Below are positions 37,077 to 39,698 of a stretch of 39,698 nt of DNA, piece by piece. The stretch is from Candidatus Sulfotelmatobacter sp. (lineage in GTDB: Bacteria; Acidobacteriota; Terriglobia; Terriglobales; Acidobacteriaceae): assembly GCA_049583165.1 (NCBI GenBank), contig JBAUVJ010000310.1, forward strand, positions 1 to 39,698. Reading direction: 5' to 3'. The notes under the pieces are model-generated. The model did no database searches, was not told where the DNA came from, and saw only the letters and a program-made list of their open reading frames with translations. The stretch's first letter is position 1. Each line of letters starts with the position of its first letter. Position numbers and translations under genes: made by a program.

Positions 37077-37838
37077 TTAAGCGGCGACGAATTGCTGGCC
37101 CCCATCGATGTCGTAGGTTGCGCCCGTCAGGGCCGTGTTGGTCATGATGTGTACGGCCAGCGCGGCGACATCCGCCGGCTCCACAACCCGGCGGATGGGA
37201 AGCTTCGCTCGAAGTTGGTTGCGGCGATTTTCCAGTTCATCGCCGAGGAGTGATGCGGACAAGCCTGTGTCGACGAATCCGGCGGCGATCAGGTTCACTC
37301 GGACGGGAGCGAGCTCGAGCGCCAGGTTAGCTGTGAGCGCCGGGAGTGCGGCGGTCACTGTCGACGCGATCCCGAAGCCGACGGCTGGACGGCGGCCCCC
37401 GGTGCCGCCCATAAATACCAGCGTGCCTCCAGCTCTCACCTTGTGGGCCGCGTTCCGCGCGACGTCGAGGAAGAGCGTAAGGTGCTCATCAAGAGCGCGG
37501 CGCGCTTGTGCGAAATCTAGGTCGACGAGGCGGCCATAATGAGGCCGGCCAGCCGTCACCATCACGTGATCGATCGAGGTCGGCAGGTCACGGAAGAACT
37601 GCTCGAGCTGTGCAGGATCCGTGGCGTCGAAGGCCATGGTGCTAAGCGCATCGACCTCGGTCCCTGCCCGCTGGAGCTGCTCGGGATTGCGACCGGTGAG
37701 GATTAGCTTTGCGCCCTCGGCGCTTGCCCGCCGGGCAGTCTCGAGCCTGATGCCGGCGCTTCCGCCGATCACGATAACGGTTTGACCCACGAGTTCCGGT
37801 TTTCGCTGAATTTGAGAGGCGGTCGTTGCAGTGCTCAT
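37077..37838 (-). CDS. short-chain dehydrogenase/reductase (SDR) family oxidoreductase
   Basis: N-terminal GQTVIVIGGSAGI glycine-rich motif, NLIAAGFVDT, and a C-terminal GATYDIDGG-type ending. Confidence 0.85.
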   Translation of the reverse strand: MSTATTASQIQRKPELVGQTVIVIGGSAGIRLETARRASAEGAKLILTGRNPEQLQRAGTEVDALSTMAFDATDPAQLEQFFRDLPTSIDHVMVTAGRPHYGRLVDLDFAQARRALDEHLTLFLDVARNAAHKVRAGGTLVFMGGTGGRRPAVGFGIASTVTAALPALTANLALELAPVRVNLIAAGFVDTGLSASLLGDELENRRNQLRAKLPIRRVVEPADVAALAVHIMTNTALTGATYDIDGGQQFVAA

Positions 37839-38108
37839 AGTTGCTCCAATCGGCGGCAGGTTGATTAAGCCAGAAGCGCGACGACGAATCTATTGGACGA
37901 ACGTATCGATCAATACCAAAGGATGGGCTGGAGAGCCGAGCATCGTTGTTCGACCGGATTCAACTCGGGCACCGCTCGAAAGATTCCGGCTTGGTGAGCT
38001 CCAATAGTCGGACGCTGCGACGCCGGCGCGAACCGCGAGTATTGCCCGGGCGCATCGATCCGATTGCACGCGGAGAGGTATTAATAAAGATGGACTCAGT
38101 TGCCACTT

Positions 38109-38999
38109 CTAGACCACCTCCGTCCCTCCAGCACTCCTCGACCTTGCCGCGAGTCTTGCCCGCGCAGCTTGCGCCGGCGTGAATGAGTAACTATTTGAAA
38201 ACGAGAGGATGTGAACGGTGATGACGACGGCTGGAATCAGATAGGCGAACGTTACCCAGACCCACATCAAAGCGCCCGCGCACTCCTGATCTTGAAGTGG
38301 AGAGAAACCGAACAGGTGAGTTGAGGAGAGATAGCAGGGGTAAACGAGTCGGTTACAGAACACAAGGAAGGCTGACAGAACGTCGCAAGGTAGTGTAGCG
38401 AGGAAGAGATATAAAGCCATGAACCACTGCGGTGAGCTGGTTGCACCTGGTGAGAGCTGCACGATGGGCGACCAGAACAAAAGGCCGGCCAACAGAAAAC
38501 AGATGTCCTCCACGTTGTGCGCCCAGTGGGAGCGCATGCCCAGCTGAAAAGCAGTGGGAAGATGCCACCCGATCACGACAGCCGTCCCCGCCAGCCAACA
38601 CGACACCGGATGCATAAGACTGCGTCCGAGCCATCGTGTCGATAGACTGACGAGGGGCGGATTGCTCTGAATGAGGAGTTTCGGCAACCCGCACGTCACC
38701 GTAAACGCGGGGGCCCCCGCTAGAACTAGAGGAGCAGCCACCGTCATCAACAGCAGGTGTTTCATCATGTGAATCGTGAGTGACTGGTGATCGAGAGTGG
38801 CAAGCGGAGACGCGAGCGCCGCCCAAATTGAAATAAGTCCGGTCGTAAATGCGGCCAGTCGCCAACCACCGATCAGATCTGGGAAGGCCTTGCGAAGAGA
38901 AAGCCAGCCGCGCAAGTAAACGGTCTCCATCACCACCAATCCGGATGTAGTGGCGAGCGAAAAAAACGATGCCTGCATGTGTACGTGAGTCTCGGACAT
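38109..38999 (-). CDS. ctaG: cytochrome c oxidase assembly factor CtaG (Caa3_CtaG-type membrane protein)
   Basis: 296 aa starting at ATG 38999 (MSETHVHMQ), polytopic, with the signature LTIHMMKHLLLMTVAAPLVLAGAP. The N-terminal 199 aa of the 495-aa ORF are an off-frame read of the upstream gene and were trimmed. Confidence 0.75.
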   Translation of the reverse strand: MSETHVHMQASFFSLATTSGLVVMETVYLRGWLSLRKAFPDLIGGWRLAAFTTGLISIWAALASPLATLDHQSLTIHMMKHLLLMTVAAPLVLAGAPAFTVTCGLPKLLIQSNPPLVSLSTRWLGRSLMHPVSCWLAGTAVVIGWHLPTAFQLGMRSHWAHNVEDICFLLAGLLFWSPIVQLSPGATSSPQWFMALYLFLATLPCDVLSAFLVFCNRLVYPCYLSSTHLFGFSPLQDQECAGALMWVWVTFAYLIPAVVITVHILSFSNSYSFTPAQAARARLAARSRSAGGTEVV

Positions 39000-39007
39000 G
39001 ACTCGGT

Positions 39008-39698
39008 CTAGCGTGGCGGGACCTCGCTTGCGCCCAGCGCCAGTGCTTGAGAAGCATTGCGTGCTGGTGGTTGATTCGCCGGGTGCAGCGTCTCCAGGAA
39101 TGCCACAAGAGCAGTGGTCTCCGCCGGGCTTAAGTTTTTTCCGTAGGCGGGCATATTGCCGCCGCCCTGAATTACCTGGCGAATGAGTTGATCCGGGGTG
39201 AGACGCAGAGCAACCTGATCGAGCGCCGGGCCGCGCTGACCTCCTTTCTGATCCAGCGAGTGACAGTTGTGACACTGCTTGGCCTGAAACACGAGCGCGC
39301 CGCGCCGCTGCAAAGCCGTTCGACCTTGCAGATACTGCTGCGGAATCGGCTCGCTGCTCCAGGCGTTCATCACCGGGCTCCAGGGCGTGTGCAAGGCCAA
39401 ATGCGTCAGAGTGCCCAGGGCGACGGCGGCCAATAGAATCGTGAGGACCGCAATCGGCCTGCGCTTCCAATGCTTCTCGCCTTCTCCCGCTACGAACGGA
39501 AGTACAAGCAGGACAATAATTCCGATCGCGGGACCAATCAGCAAGATAGGTGTCTCGGCTGATGGAGGCAGAAACGAGAGCAATGCATACAGCCACAAAA
39601 AAAAGAAATCGGGACGCGGTGAGGTCTGAATGATCGTTGGATCAGGCTGCCCGCCAGGACCGAAAGGACCAAGATAAAGTGCACAGGCGGCTATGGCG
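39008..39698 (-). CDS. cytochrome bc-complex subunit: cytochrome b C-terminal (subunit IV-like) domain fused to a mono-heme cytochrome c; 5'-truncated by the window edge
   Basis: The frame is open to nt 39697. It has RPDFFFLWLYALLSFLP (a PEWY-like motif), TM helices, then a cytochrome c domain (CHNCH ... GGGNMPAYG). This resembles the Bacillus QcrC-type architecture. Confidence 0.8.
   Translation of the reverse strand, partial: AIAACALYLGPFGPGGQPDPTIIQTSPRPDFFFLWLYALLSFLPPSAETPILLIGPAIGIIVLLVLPFVAGEGEKHWKRRPIAVLTILLAAVALGTLTHLALHTPWSPVMNAWSSEPIPQQYLQGRTALQRRGALVFQAKQCHNCHSLDQKGGQRGPALDQVALRLTPDQLIRQVIQGGGNMPAYGKNLSPAETTALVAFLETLHPANQPPARNASQALALGASEVPPR

Noticed and set aside
37936-37980. 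tRNA-like fragment on the minus strand (GGTGCCCGAGTTGAATCCGG resembles a class II tRNA D-arm).
   Set aside because: I could not build a T-arm (GGTTCGAATCC-type), an acceptor stem pairing or an anticodon stem around it.
38999-39596. N-terminal 199 aa of the 495-aa ORF 38109-39596 (also ORF 38353-39108).
   Set aside because: This is an off-frame read of the cytochrome b/c gene (Arg/Ser-rich, no TM pattern). CtaG homology begins at ATG 38999, 8 nt after the upstream gene's stop.

Overview
GC-rich bacterial chromosomal segment with no rRNA, tRNA, CRISPR array, transposase or integrase that I can see. By recollection only, the intergenic repeats that translate as VPSVPSF/GDRRDV suggest Acidobacteriota. 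The layout is as follows. (1) 1-2.8 kb holds the 3' part of a sigma-54 enhancer-binding activator, an orphan ECF sigma factor and a DJ-1/PfpI protein. (2) 2.9-17.2 kb (minus strand) is a complete 13-gene NADH:quinone oxidoreductase operon, nuoA-B-CD-E-F-G-H-I-J-K-L-M-N, with fused nuoCD; its subunits look strikingly like the E. coli-type complex I. (3) A 600-nt divergent control region follows, carrying two sigma-54-like -24/-12 motifs. (4) 17.8-25.3 kb (plus strand) is a pentose-phosphate/glycolysis operon: histidine phosphatase, tal, pgi, gnd, zwf, class II aldolase and a GlcG-like gene. (5) 25.3-38 kb is an accessory-looking stretch of small stress, detoxification and hypothetical genes, punctuated by a family of REP/MITE-like repeats. 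(6) At the 3' edge, ctaG sits next to a cytochrome b(subunit IV)/c fusion gene. The best candidate for something undescribed is a lower-GC three-gene islet at 25.5-27.0 kb with repeat copies on both sides. It contains a membrane-anchored helical protein transcribed divergently from a translationally coupled pair: a GrlR-like beta-barrel protein and a coiled-coil/zinc-ribbon protein. All family calls come from motif recognition by eye. No database search was run.
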